Shown here: positions 28,876-37,561 of the stretch, one piece after another
How positions within the stretch are numbered: position 1 is the first letter of the stretch
How the letters are laid out: every line of letters begins with the position of its first letter
Source of the DNA: a virus
Lineage: Duplodnaviria > Caudoviricetes
Length of the DNA: 64,000 nucleotides
Strand: one strand, 5' to 3'
IMG/VR virus record: IMGVR_UViG_3300005805_000082
Location: 4,826-68,825 of that record
The notes under the pieces: model-generated
What the model saw: the letters and a program-made list of their open reading frames with translations, nothing else
The model's database searches: none
Told to the model about the DNA's origin: nothing
Translations under genes and position numbers: made by a program

Positions 28876-29407
28876 CGTCCAGGTAGCGCAGGAACTGCTT
28901 ACCTGATCTGAAGATTGTACCTGGTCTGTTGTACTCCTTCATCTTCTCATCATTGCCCCAGGTTTCTTTCTTGTGTACGATGACAGACTTGAAGTGATCT
29001 ATCGTCAGCCTTGGAGACACCTTTAGGATGGCCTTCACCAACTCCATATTGTTCGGGAGCAAGTACTTCGTTCCGTTTATATCGTTGAAGGCGGTGACTA
29101 CATCCTTGGCTAGGTCTGTGTCCTTGGTGCTGACCTTGACAGGCTCCTCGAAGAATGCCATGTACCAATTATTGGTGGGGTATACACTCCCGTTCTCTGC
29201 TATCTCTAGCAGGGGAGGGTTGGCTGTGCGCATTTCATCTATGGCCACTGATACTGCTCTAGTAGAAAGACCGAGGGCCCCGGCCAACGAATTAATCGAG
29301 GTCGGGAGCCACACGGACTTATGCTGTGCACATGCATCAGCAATCATATAGTGTACGGATGAAATGCCAAGCTTTACTCTTACGTTGTGGTCAATTGCAG
29401 TGATCAT
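28808..29407 (-). CDS. Phage replication initiator-like protein (HTH plus conserved C-terminal domain)
   Basis: N-terminal HTH; FN...G.KY...W..D.KM..Y.RP.TIF...F..YL C-terminal pattern. Confidence 0.65.
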   Translation of the reverse strand: MITAIDHNVRVKLGISSVHYMIADACAQHKSVWLPTSINSLAGALGLSTRAVSVAIDEMRTANPPLLEIAENGSVYPTNNWYMAFFEEPVKVSTKDTDLAKDVVTAFNDINGTKYLLPNNMELVKAILKVSPRLTIDHFKSVIVHKKETWGNDEKMKEYNRPGTIFRSGKQFLRYLDDANMYWNTKQKAHDPTATITGD

Positions 29408-29793
29408 ATGCTTATGTATTCTTCCATCTTGAGATAAGGGTTTCGTTTAGTGGCAGTCCTGATAGCGTTCAGACACATGCCCACCTTGATGTAGAACTTT
29501 CGGACATTGTCCTCCGATTCGTAGAGTGTACCCTCATTCAGTCTCCTGTGACCTTCTTTGTAATACTCCCTAAACTGCATCAGTTTGTTTCGGTATGAGT
29601 CGTAGCCCATATCCAAGTGGTTCATGACATCGCCACCATCGAAGCCATACATGTCGGCAAGGCCAACGAATATGGTTCTGGCTAGCTCCTTGTTACCCTC
29701 GATCTCCTCATAGACCTGCATATATTTCTGACCTTCTCTGTCCCACACGAACTGGGGCTTCATTACTTGTTCTATCTCTATAAGTTTGATCAT
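29404..29793 (-). CDS. Hypothetical protein
   Basis: Coupled operon. Confidence 0.6.
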   Translation of the reverse strand: MIKLIEIEQVMKPQFVWDREGQKYMQVYEEIEGNKELARTIFVGLADMYGFDGGDVMNHLDMGYDSYRNKLMQFREYYKEGHRRLNEGTLYESEDNVRKFYIKVGMCLNAIRTATKRNPYLKMEEYISI

Positions 29794-30773
29794 AGTTTCA
29801 CGTTGAATTGTTTACGCCAGGTTATCTTCCCGTTGGGCAGGATCATGGTGGTAGCGCCTTCCTTCTCCATTACTTGCTTGAGCTTGTTCTGGTAGAGCTG
29901 CTTGTCACTTTCGATTGCTTTTATCTCTGCATTCAACTTAGTGTAGCTGTATGCCCACTGCTCATGCTCATCTGATCCCTGCATGGAGATCTCTTCCTCC
30001 CGAGCTTTGTGCTTTTCAGATATGAAGGCATTGAATGCCTGGGAATTGTCGGCATCAGGTTCATATTGCGATGCAACTTGCAGTGCTTGATCAGGATCAA
30101 GACCTTCAGTCTCTTGCTTAGCGGTGAGTACACGCTGCTGAAACTCTACAGCCTCGTGTAGGATTCTATCCTGCAGTTCCTTGTCCTTCTCGAATGTTAC
30201 ACAGCCTAGCTGTCTCCCGTCTTTCAGATAACAGATCTCTGCATAGTTTAACTCCATCACCAACATGTAGTGCTGCACCTGGATGAGGTAGTTCGGGGGG
30301 ATGCCTGCCTCATAAGAGTCAGCAGAGTACCCAGAGATCGTTTTGATCTCTAGGATTCCCCGCTTCTTCCCGTAGTTTGGATGTTTGGTGATAATGCCGT
30401 CTACATTAGCAAACAGCACGGGATATTTTGGATTGATAACTATAGACCTGAGCTTCTTGAAACGCTTGATCTTGTTATCCTTCAAAGTATTTTCAACCCA
30501 TCCCTCATCTGTGCCATCGTAGTACTGCCAACACTTGGCAACGTAATCCTCTAGCTGCTTACCATGGAGCATGGCAGCATTCATAATGGATGGGAGTGAG
30601 CCTAGTCCGAGGCACTGGTAGAACATGTTAATGGGACTCTTGTATTGATTGAGTCCGAGTAGGGTTCCTGAGTCAGATCCCCCGACCATGCCCTTGTTTA
30701 CAAAGGTTTGGCGAAGGCTCTGCCATTCGGCCTCGCTTAGCTTGGCCGTGGGTATCAACGTTAAGTGCTTCAT
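29790..30773 (-). CDS. YqaJ-like (lambda-exo family) exonuclease
   Basis: W..LRQ..VGGSD, HGKQLE, ANVDG..LEIKT, Y.IQVQHYM. Confidence 0.9.
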   Translation of the reverse strand: MKHLTLIPTAKLSEAEWQSLRQTFVNKGMVGGSDSGTLLGLNQYKSPINMFYQCLGLGSLPSIMNAAMLHGKQLEDYVAKCWQYYDGTDEGWVENTLKDNKIKRFKKLRSIVINPKYPVLFANVDGIITKHPNYGKKRGILEIKTISGYSADSYEAGIPPNYLIQVQHYMLVMELNYAEICYLKDGRQLGCVTFEKDKELQDRILHEAVEFQQRVLTAKQETEGLDPDQALQVASQYEPDADNSQAFNAFISEKHKAREEEISMQGSDEHEQWAYSYTKLNAEIKAIESDKQLYQNKLKQVMEKEGATTMILPNGKITWRKQFNVKL

Positions 30774-31510
30774 TTTTTTGCTGCTTTGGTTACGGCCTCT
30801 GCTTTGGCCTGATTGATAAGTGATGTGAGTAGCTTCTTCTGTGAGTCGTTCAGCTTGTATTTCTTGAGGGCGGACTCAACCTCTTTGATCTTGCCATCAT
30901 TAATAAACTTGACCATGGCATCATACTTATCCTTGTCTAGAGCAGGGAGGTCAGAAGTGGATGTGCTCGGGGGCTTGGCTGTAGTTATAGAACTGTCTGT
31001 ACCTGTATTAATCAGGACATTGCCTGAGCCATTGATTACAATCTTAGCGGTAGCTGTACCTCTGTTGTTGATGTGGCTAGTCAGATCCCATACTCTGTTG
31101 CCATTGTTATCCACCACATTCCCGTACTGATCGCAGGGCATGGTAACCATGGATAGATCGTATAAGAACCTGCCAACACCCCACATAACTGCTGCCCTTT
31201 TAAAGGCATCTGAGGCTGCAGACTTTCCTGCCTGGTCATACATCTGATCCTGAGGGTTATCCTCTACACGGGTCCCGCAGTCCCATCTCCAATGGGTTTG
31301 GCCATCAACGGTGATGCCGATACCGCAGAAGATAAATCCTCCGATCTCTTTGTACTGCACCTCCCAGGTACAGTGCTCATCTAAAACTTTCATAACGTCT
31401 CGTGCATCTATATATGCACTGCACATTGCTTTGGTCTTGTCCTTATTCCTGGACTGTACCCGCCATTGGTAGGGGATCGGTTGGCGGAGCTTTTCTAGTA
31501 GGGTTTTCAT
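30770..31510 (-). CDS. Rad52/Rad22-like single-strand annealing protein (Sak)
   Basis: AYIDARDVM..LDE, KSAASDAFKRAAVMWGVGRFLY. Confidence 0.88.
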   Translation of the reverse strand: MKTLLEKLRQPIPYQWRVQSRNKDKTKAMCSAYIDARDVMKVLDEHCTWEVQYKEIGGFIFCGIGITVDGQTHWRWDCGTRVEDNPQDQMYDQAGKSAASDAFKRAAVMWGVGRFLYDLSMVTMPCDQYGNVVDNNGNRVWDLTSHINNRGTATAKIVINGSGNVLINTGTDSSITTAKPPSTSTSDLPALDKDKYDAMVKFINDGKIKEVESALKKYKLNDSQKKLLTSLINQAKAEAVTKAAKK

Positions 31511-31727
31511 TTATGTAATTTTTGGTGAACTCGTATTGCTCGGCAACGAAATAGATATGCTGCCAGTCGTATGTAAACTTGATCTTATCGCCAACCCTGA
31601 TAGACTTGATAAAGTGACCGTTGCACAACTGCTCATGATTGGCGAGCAGCCATTTTCTAAAGGGCGACAGGAGATAGTCCTCGCCATCAATTGTCATTAT
31701 ATCTTTAGAAAAGTTGTATTTTATCAC
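31443..31727 (-). CDS. Hypothetical protein divergent from repressor (possible Cro/Xis-like)
   Basis: Position only. Confidence 0.45.
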   Translation of the reverse strand: MIKYNFSKDIMTIDGEDYLLSPFRKWLLANHEQLCNGHFIKSIRVGDKIKFTYDWQHIYFVAEQYEFTKNYINENPTRKAPPTDPLPMAGTVQE

Positions 31728-31789
31728 TATTTAAAGGTATAACACAATAAATTAGAGAGTCTAGAGTTATCAACATAGTTATCCGAATC

Positions 31790-31799
31790 CTTATATTTG
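31790..31799 (+). promoter_or_regulatory. TAnnTTTG promoter for repressor gene
   Basis: TTATATTTGC upstream of ATG 31821. Confidence 0.55.
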
Positions 31800-31820
31800 C
31801 ATTTAAACACACCCTTAGAC

Positions 31821-32138
31821 ATGAGAATAAAGAAGACACAGACTAAAGACCAAATCGCTAAAAGATTGAGAGATATTCGTATCGATAATAGATTGACTCA
31901 AAAAGACATGGCTAAACTGATCAACATGACATCTGGATCGGTTGGTGCTTTAGAGAATGGATTGTACACACCAAACTTTGACGTTCTTCGTATACTCAAG
32001 AAGAAACTGAACGTATCTTATGACTTTATGCTAGATGGTGAAGTGGGGCCAGATTCAAGTAAACTTAAAGATGAAAATGCTAGGCTAAAGGAAGAGGTGG
32101 ATCGGCTCAAAAAAATGATTGACAAACTATTGAAATAG
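31821..32138 (+). CDS. XRE-family HTH repressor
   Basis: RLRDIRIDNRLTQKDMAKLI...VGALENGLYTPNFDVL...LNVSYDFML; ATG at 31821 preferred over TTG 31797. Confidence 0.88.
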   Translation: MRIKKTQTKDQIAKRLRDIRIDNRLTQKDMAKLINMTSGSVGALENGLYTPNFDVLRILKKKLNVSYDFMLDGEVGPDSSKLKDENARLKEEVDRLKKMIDKLLK

Positions 32139-32286
32139 GATCTCGCTTCCTGATCTTGTTCATCCTAGTCTTTGCTGCTCGACATGGCTTACAGTAGATG
32201 GCTAAGTTGTCCGTCATTCTGTAGTCTTTCCCGAACTGATCAGCAGGTTTAATCTCCTCGCAGATTTTACACTTTTTTACTTTCAT
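32107..32286 (-). CDS. 59-aa zinc-finger protein (not in ORF track)
   Basis: KCKICEEIKP..QF...YCKPC. Confidence 0.6.
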   Translation of the reverse strand: MKVKKCKICEEIKPADQFGKDYRMTDNLAIYCKPCRAAKTRMNKIRKRDPISIVCQSFF

Positions 32287-32476
32287 TGTTTACAAATTTT
32301 TGGTTGTAGTACTGCTCAGCATCTCCCTCAAACATATGGTGGAGGTCGTGCTTATAGGCATCTAGGATCTGCTGCTTCTCCATTGCTTTGGCTTGTTCAA
32401 TTTCCTTTCTATAACTAACTACTATTCTTGTAGGTAATAAATCTTCTAACCATTCCATTGCTGTTTGTTGTGCCAT
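32267..32476 (-). CDS. Hypothetical protein, xQTAVEWL family
   Basis: MAQQTAMEWLEDLL. Confidence 0.65.
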   Translation of the reverse strand: MAQQTAMEWLEDLLPTRIVVSYRKEIEQAKAMEKQQILDAYKHDLHHMFEGDAEQYYNQKFVNNESKKV

Positions 32477-32491
32477 AGTTTAATAATTAAG

Positions 32492-32520
32492 AAACCCCCG
32501 ATCTGGTTGACCGAGGGTTT
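32492..32520 (-). terminator. Hairpin downstream of integrase
   Basis: AAACCC-CCG...CGA-GGGTTT. Confidence 0.45.
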
Positions 32521-32542
32521 AGTTCTAAAAAAAGGGGGTGGT

Positions 32543-33847
32543 TTATTCTCCTAGGAAATCTTTGTAGTAGTTCTTCACCTCGCTATTGAAGTGCTTTTCC
32601 ACGAACGCCACATACCTCTCAAAGGACATGCTCCTATCACTATGGCCGGAGCAGAACTTGATGTGCCTCTCGGAGACCTTGTGGTAGATCATGGTTGTGA
32701 TGGCGGTCTTCCTGAGCATGTGCGGGTGGATGTGCTTGTACATCTCCGCCACCTCAGTAGTCTCTTCACCATATATCCCAAACTTTTTTACCGTGGCAAT
32801 CTGCTGCATCTCAGGGTAGAGGGAGAATACCGTCTTAATATCCCTGTATAAGTTAGAGTAGTGGCCATTCTCCTTGGTGAAGATCCTTCCATACCTAGTT
32901 AGGTTCTCCCGATAGACTTTCTCTAGAAACTTAGGGATGGGGACGTTGGTGTACTCCCTAGTTTTCCCGTTCATCTTGGAAAGGAACATGGCATCTTTGG
33001 TGATGTGCAGGTCATTCACGGACATGTTCATGGCATCGTTGATCCTCATGGTCGTGATCAGGATGGTGGCAGACACCTCCCAGGCATACCTCAGGTTCTC
33101 ATCTAGGGTGTTGTAGGTCTTCTCCTCAGTCAGGAAATGCTTGACAAAAGTTGGCTCTAGTACTACCACGGGATTCGGATCCGCCTTGTAGCTAATGATC
33201 TTGGGCAGCTGCAGGTAGAGGTGTTCCTTCCAGTAGTTGACCATGATGGCGATGTTGTGGAGGTAGACAGTTCGGGTGCTCATGAACATACCCTCATCAA
33301 TCATGTAGTCATCAAATCCCCTAAAGTATTTATTCCATTTATCAGTAATCTCCCGCTTTCTAGATGCCTCATCCCTAGGATTGATTGCCATCTCCATGAG
33401 ATCTAGGCTTCCAGCTATTTCACTAAATGTAGCAAGCCTTTTTACAGCAGATGCGTAAAGCATCAAGGTTTTTTCAGAATAGCTTCTGTTCCCCTTAGCT
33501 TTAATTTCTCCCCGAACCGCCATCTGAACATACCTCTTCAGCATATCCACCAAATCATAGGAATCCGTGTTGACTGGTTCTTCCTCCCTGACTTCTGGAC
33601 TGTATAGGGATTTGATTTTGGAGACATTGCCTCGATAAACCATGAACAGGTCTGTTAGCTTGACCTTCTGTCGGTCTATCTCATTGTTGAGACTGTCTAC
33701 AAGCGGATCTTTTCCTACAAACCTGCCCTTGACAAACTTTAGATAGGTTGGGACTTTTATGCCCGTAGAAAGTCTCAATGAGATGTCTGTTCCGTGTGTA
33801 ATCCTAGCCTGGATTGTGCTGCCTCTCTGTGTGAAAGAAACTGTCAT
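32543..33847 (-). CDS. int: Tyrosine recombinase/integrase
   Basis: TTMRIND (R), HPHMLRKT (HxxR), SGHS, FERY (Y); Bacteroidota-type N-terminal arm-binding region. Confidence 0.92.
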   Translation of the reverse strand: MTVSFTQRGSTIQARITHGTDISLRLSTGIKVPTYLKFVKGRFVGKDPLVDSLNNEIDRQKVKLTDLFMVYRGNVSKIKSLYSPEVREEEPVNTDSYDLVDMLKRYVQMAVRGEIKAKGNRSYSEKTLMLYASAVKRLATFSEIAGSLDLMEMAINPRDEASRKREITDKWNKYFRGFDDYMIDEGMFMSTRTVYLHNIAIMVNYWKEHLYLQLPKIISYKADPNPVVVLEPTFVKHFLTEEKTYNTLDENLRYAWEVSATILITTMRINDAMNMSVNDLHITKDAMFLSKMNGKTREYTNVPIPKFLEKVYRENLTRYGRIFTKENGHYSNLYRDIKTVFSLYPEMQQIATVKKFGIYGEETTEVAEMYKHIHPHMLRKTAITTMIYHKVSERHIKFCSGHSDRSMSFERYVAFVEKHFNSEVKNYYKDFLGE

Positions 33848-34193
33848 AGTGTTGATTTAAGTGTGGTGAACTATATATAACTCTCTAAAATATTGTCACA
33901 AATCTAGAAATAATTTGTGAATGTGACAGCATAAATGATGCACTCGTAATCAATTATTTGTGAAAATAAATTGCTGAGCCTGCACCGATTTTGCACACCT
34001 TTTTTGTCATATTTACTCATAAATTAATGATAGACAATGGTTTACATCATTAAGGGTTAAAAGTAAATCCCCCATCTCTATGGGGGATTTACATTTATAT
34101 GCTCTGTAAGACGCTCATTATCAATCAGTAGCAAATATACTAAAAAAAGTTATCCGAAAAGTTTTTAACAATTTGTCACACATTGTCACGCTT
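33848..34193. other. AT-rich intergenic region next to int, candidate attP/regulatory region
   Basis: Four TGTCAC copies, a 13-bp perfect inverted repeat at 34063-34092, minus-strand TAnnTTTG at about 33899 and 34133. Confidence 0.45.
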
Positions 34194-34544
34194 TTACACA
34201 GCAATACATGCACGTATTTTCTCGATGATTCCATCAACATCGATGGGAGAATTTTCATTCAGAGAGGTGAACTTAGTGAGTTCATCGTACAAATCCAGGT
34301 ATTCGTCTTCCATGCGGTAGCGGTCGCTATGTTTCCGCAGATGATGGATCACGGTGGAGTGATGCATACCTGCAAAGCTACCGATCAAGACCGTGGTCAT
34401 CCCGTAGTACCTAGATAGAATGTTGATGATACATGCCTTGATGAGAACTACTTCAAACCTCCTGGACCTAGCGTAGGTGATGTCCAGGTCTGTTACCTCC
34501 TTAGCTTTCTGCACTAGCCTCTTGTAGACTTCTTCTTGTTTCAT
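34194..34544 (-). CDS. DnaA C-terminal-like HTH protein
   Basis: RSR..V..K...YGMT...IG...GMHHSTVIH. Confidence 0.75.
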   Translation of the reverse strand: MKQEEVYKRLVQKAKEVTDLDITYARSRRFEVVLIKACIINILSRYYGMTTVLIGSFAGMHHSTVIHHLRKHSDRYRMEDEYLDLYDELTKFTSLNENSPIDVDGIIEKIRACIAV

Positions 34545-34728
34545 TGTACTTAAATTTTAGACGTTCATAGGATTTGAGGAGATCCACAACTTGGTCGCAC
34601 ATCTCTTCATTAATTGTTTTCAGCGACTGTAGAACCAACATAGCTTCGGGCGTGGGTGCGGTCTCTATTTTGATTAGACCATCGTTGATTGCTCGAAACA
34701 CTTGCCTGACCTCGGATACTTTGCTCAT
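34501..34728 (-). CDS. Hypothetical coiled-coil protein
   Basis: Operon context. Confidence 0.5.
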   Translation of the reverse strand: MSKVSEVRQVFRAINDGLIKIETAPTPEAMLVLQSLKTINEEMCDQVVDLLKSYERLKFKYNETRRSLQEASAES

Positions 34729-34787
34729 ACTGTTCTAATTTTTCTTTAGGGTAATTCAATTCTTGGCGGATGTAAAGCATCCACTCG

Positions 34788-34985
34788 TTAAATGATAATT
34801 GTTCCATCGTTTGAAATTTGAAAGGGTTCCAGTTCGGGGATAAGATACTTAACCCAATTGCCATCCGCTACCATCTTCTCCGCTATCCTTTTTGCATCTT
34901 CAATTGGGAGCTTCACCGAGGGGCAGTTCTCCCTTACTGATGGGGGATCGAGGGTCACATCGTTGTAGTAGACTGTTACGTACAT
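34788..34985 (-). CDS. Hypothetical protein
   Basis: Operon context. Confidence 0.55.
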   Translation of the reverse strand: MYVTVYYNDVTLDPPSVRENCPSVKLPIEDAKRIAEKMVADGNWVKYLIPELEPFQISNDGTIII

Positions 34986-34988
34986 AGT

Positions 34989-35690
34989 TTAAAATCTTAG
35001 GTTTACTTTTTCTCTACGCCTATAGTTGTAGATGTCTTCGAGGAGTTCCTTGTACTTTTCAGTACTTGTGCAGTCAACCAGGGAACTTGGCTGTAGTTTT
35101 ATTTTTGCCAATAGTTCGTCCAGGGTGAAGCCCTGCTTGTCCATGATGGACATGATGGCGTACACAAACGACCTTCTGCGGTAGCCATTGTAGTAAGGCT
35201 TGATCTGCATGAGGTAGTTGGCAACCCTTTCGGCTTTGCGGAGATTAACAATCTTAAATTTGCCCGTATTGAACTCGTTGTAGCCTCGCCCTTTATCTGA
35301 GTTGGTCAAGAGGACTAAATTTACCTGATGGTCGAAGCCATACTTGTCCTGGAAATCTTGGTAGATGATGTAATCCCGATAGCCATTCTTGACATAGCTT
35401 TGGAGATAGTCCTTTGGACCCCAATTTTTGGAGTTGGCATTCATAACCTGGACCTCACGAATGCCGTAGCCATCCACACTGATGTACCTCACGGGGAGAT
35501 TCAGTTGGCGACAAGCCTCAAGGCGGTGCTGCCCGTCAATGACCTCTAGGTTCTCATTGACAATGATGGGATTAAAGAGGTAGACATCCTGCATGGAATC
35601 CTTGAGCCTCTCTAGGTGGGTTTGGTTCAGTTCCCGATTGTCATCAAGATGCCTGAACTGATCGTAGTTCCGTGTCGTTAGAACTTTCAT
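34989..35690 (-). CDS. ParB/Srx-like N-terminal domain protein
   Basis: NREL...L..SM...PIIVN...VIDGQHRLEAC. Confidence 0.8.
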   Translation of the reverse strand: MKVLTTRNYDQFRHLDDNRELNQTHLERLKDSMQDVYLFNPIIVNENLEVIDGQHRLEACRQLNLPVRYISVDGYGIREVQVMNANSKNWGPKDYLQSYVKNGYRDYIIYQDFQDKYGFDHQVNLVLLTNSDKGRGYNEFNTGKFKIVNLRKAERVANYLMQIKPYYNGYRRRSFVYAIMSIMDKQGFTLDELLAKIKLQPSSLVDCTSTEKYKELLEDIYNYRRREKVNLRF

Positions 35691-35817
35691 GTTTCATGTG
35701 TTCAGCAACGCTGTCCCCCGCTTTGGTTTCATAATACATTTGGCGAACTATTTCCCCCAACATCATGTCGTTGGGAGTCTTGTAGATTAGATCTACGGGT
35801 ACTGCTATGTAATCCAT
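35644..35817 (-). CDS. 57-aa hypothetical protein (not in ORF track)
   Basis: MDYIAVPVDLIYKTPNDMMLGEIVR... Confidence 0.45.
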   Translation of the reverse strand: MDYIAVPVDLIYKTPNDMMLGEIVRQMYYETKAGDSVAEHMKHESSNDTELRSVQAS

Positions 35818-35835
35818 AAAAAAGTTTTAGAAATT

Positions 35836-35864
35836 AAAAACCCAGGTGTAGAAACACCCGGGGT
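35836..35864 (-). terminator. Intrinsic terminator after tRNA-Trp
   Basis: Minus strand ACCCCGGGTGT-TTCT-ACACCTGGG followed by TTTTT. Confidence 0.6.
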
Positions 35865-35884
35865 AATTTTTAAAAATGAGTCAG

Positions 35885-35956
35885 CACCCATGTGGGGACT
35901 CGAACCCCCATCTCTGCTTTTGGAGAGCAGCATTCTTCCAATTGAACTACACGGGC
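35885..35956 (-). tRNA. trnW: tRNA-Trp(CCA)
   Basis: Cloverleaf: GCCCGTG/CATGGGT acceptor, CTGCT-CTCCAAA-AGCAG anticodon arm, GGGG-TTCGAGT-CCCC T arm, G73; CCA end not encoded. Confidence 0.92.
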
Positions 35957-36001
35957 AAAACCCCTTCAACGTGGACACGTTCGGGGGTATAAACACACAC
36001 A

Positions 36002-36325
36002 TTAGTATAGCTTTTTCACTTCCTCTCTTCTCCATTCTTCCTTGATGTAGGGTTCAATGTCATCCCATAGGAAATCCTGGAGGAGGTCTTTAATTTTTTG
36101 TTCGGTTCGGTATCCTTCATCCCATCGCCTTTGCTCGTCTATAAATCGCCAAGAATAATCTTGGTTGTGGATGAGGTCAATCAGTTCAGTCAGTTGCTCA
36201 TTTGCCATAAGTGTGTAAAAAATTTCGGTTTGGTGATAGGTGAGGTGTAGTTTTCTAGCATGGTCTATGGCGAATCTGCCGACCACGATGCCCGTCCTCT
36301 CATAATGGTCAATTGCCTGATTCAT
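36002..36325 (-). CDS. Hypothetical early protein
   Basis: Coupled operon. Confidence 0.6.
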   Translation of the reverse strand: MNQAIDHYERTGIVVGRFAIDHARKLHLTYHQTEIFYTLMANEQLTELIDLIHNQDYSWRFIDEQRRWDEGYRTEQKIKDLLQDFLWDDIEPYIKEEWRREEVKKLY

Positions 36326-36504
36326 GAAATCAGGAGGGCTACCTTAACGATATTGGATAGGGTTTTGTCTTGCTCCATGCATTCCTTAAGCATGGTGACC
36401 AAGTCCTTGCCTTTGCCTTGTACCTTGAAGGTGTACTTGTCGCCATTTTCTTCTAGCAAAAGGAGGGCGGGTACTTTCTTGGGTGCTGCTTTCTTCGTTG
36501 CCAT
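36322..36504 (-). CDS. Hypothetical early protein
   Basis: Coupled operon. Confidence 0.6.
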   Translation of the reverse strand: MATKKAAPKKVPALLLLEENGDKYTFKVQGKGKDLVTMLKECMEQDKTLSNIVKVALLIS

Positions 36505-36505
36505 G

Positions 36506-36712
36506 TTATTTGATTTTGAGTGTTATCGGTTCAATAAGGTCATTTTGGAGCATCATCTCAACGATCTTGAGGTATAGTTGGTAGAATGCTTTCGGGTCGT
36601 TGTCCCAACGTGAGCCGTCACCATAGATGAGGTGATGGGGGACGATGTAATTGTTTCTCTCGAATGTAGCCACGATGGTATCGTAGCATTCGTTGAAGGT
36701 TTGCTTGGTCAT
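36506..36712 (-). CDS. Hypothetical early protein
   Basis: ATG 36712 preceded by ACAC-rich leader. Confidence 0.55.
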   Translation of the reverse strand: MTKQTFNECYDTIVATFERNNYIVPHHLIYGDGSRWDNDPKAFYQLYLKIVEMMLQNDLIEPITLKIK

Positions 36713-36722
36713 GTGTGTGGTT

Positions 36723-36950
36723 TTATTTGGTGATTTTATCTTCGATTGCGTAGTCAATTCCTAACCATATTTGCTCATAAGTAGCCTCATTTTTTAAGGC
36801 ATTTTCCAGTATCTCATATGCCTCCTCATCGGAGCATTCATGCTTGAACTTGACATCATCAATATGCCATAGGTTTGTTACATAGTAGCCATACTTTTTT
36901 AGAACTGCCCTTGCGTTGTCAATCTCTTGTTGCTGTGTTTCTAAATACAT
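36723..36950 (-). CDS. Hypothetical early protein
   Basis: LWHIDDVK...SDEEAYEILENAL; ACAC leader. Confidence 0.65.
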   Translation of the reverse strand: MYLETQQQEIDNARAVLKKYGYYVTNLWHIDDVKFKHECSDEEAYEILENALKNEATYEQIWLGIDYAIEDKITK

Positions 36951-36968
36951 GGTGTGTTTTTTATTTAG

Positions 36969-37220
36969 TTAAGAAAATTTTATCTCATCATATGCTCTCA
37001 TGTCAACCTCATCAAGATTATTCAGTAATAGCTCTTGACCATCCTCTACAACATCTTCGGGTAGATAGCCTACTTCTTGGAGAATGTCCTCAATAGAGAT
37101 TGAAAATGATCCGCTTTCTTTCAGTTTTGAAAGGATGCCATGTCGGTAGAAAAACTCCTTTTGGACTTCATGGTCAAAATACCAATCGATAAATCTTTTT
37201 TTGTTGATTAACAGTTTCAT
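36969..37220 (-). CDS. Hypothetical early protein
   Basis: ACAC leader, acidic. Confidence 0.6.
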   Translation of the reverse strand: MKLLINKKRFIDWYFDHEVQKEFFYRHGILSKLKESGSFSISIEDILQEVGYLPEDVVEDGQELLLNNLDEVDMRAYDEIKFS

Positions 37221-37238
37221 GGTGTGTGTTTTGATGAG

Positions 37239-37281
37239 GAACTGCCACGGGACTCGAACCCGTGTACAACCATTGCAGTTC
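37239..37281 (-). ncRNA. tRNA minihelix (acceptor stem plus T arm only)
   Basis: GAACTGC-10 nt-CACGGG-TTCGAGT-CCCGTG-GCAGTTC, intergenic. Confidence 0.65.
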
Positions 37282-37288
37282 GGGGGTA

Positions 37289-37438
37289 TTATTGGTTGTC
37301 CCTATAGTACTCCGCAATAGCAATCAGCCTATCAACCAATTGCTCTAGGGTTTCTTTACCTAAAGAGGCAACTTCCTCTTTAGTTTCAAACTCATCTCCC
37401 GATAAGTCTAAAATCGCATCAATCATTTTGTTTTTCAT
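37289..37438 (-). CDS. 49-aa acidic early protein (not in ORF track)
   Basis: MKNKMIDAILDLSGDEFETKEE...; ACAC leader. Confidence 0.6.
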   Translation of the reverse strand: MKNKMIDAILDLSGDEFETKEEVASLGKETLEQLVDRLIAIAEYYRDNQ

Positions 37439-37477
37439 TGTGTGTGGTTTTGAGGTTTAAAAATCTATTCTAGAGAG

Positions 37478-37561
37478 TTACTGACAAAAGGGGTCTTGGA
37501 GTTGACCGACAACATAGGCAGCGACTAGGAGTGCTGCAACTAGGCGAAGGATTGATTTCAT
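37478..37561 (-). CDS. 27-aa membrane peptide
   Basis: MKSILRLVAALLVAAYVVGQLQDPFCQ; ATGA overlap with upstream peptide. Confidence 0.5.
   Translation of the reverse strand: MKSILRLVAALLVAAYVVGQLQDPFCQ

Noticed and set aside
34038-34066. dif-like XerCD site near the integrase
   Set aside because: Only a loose match to the XerD arm TTATGTTAAAT, with no convincing 11-6-11 layout
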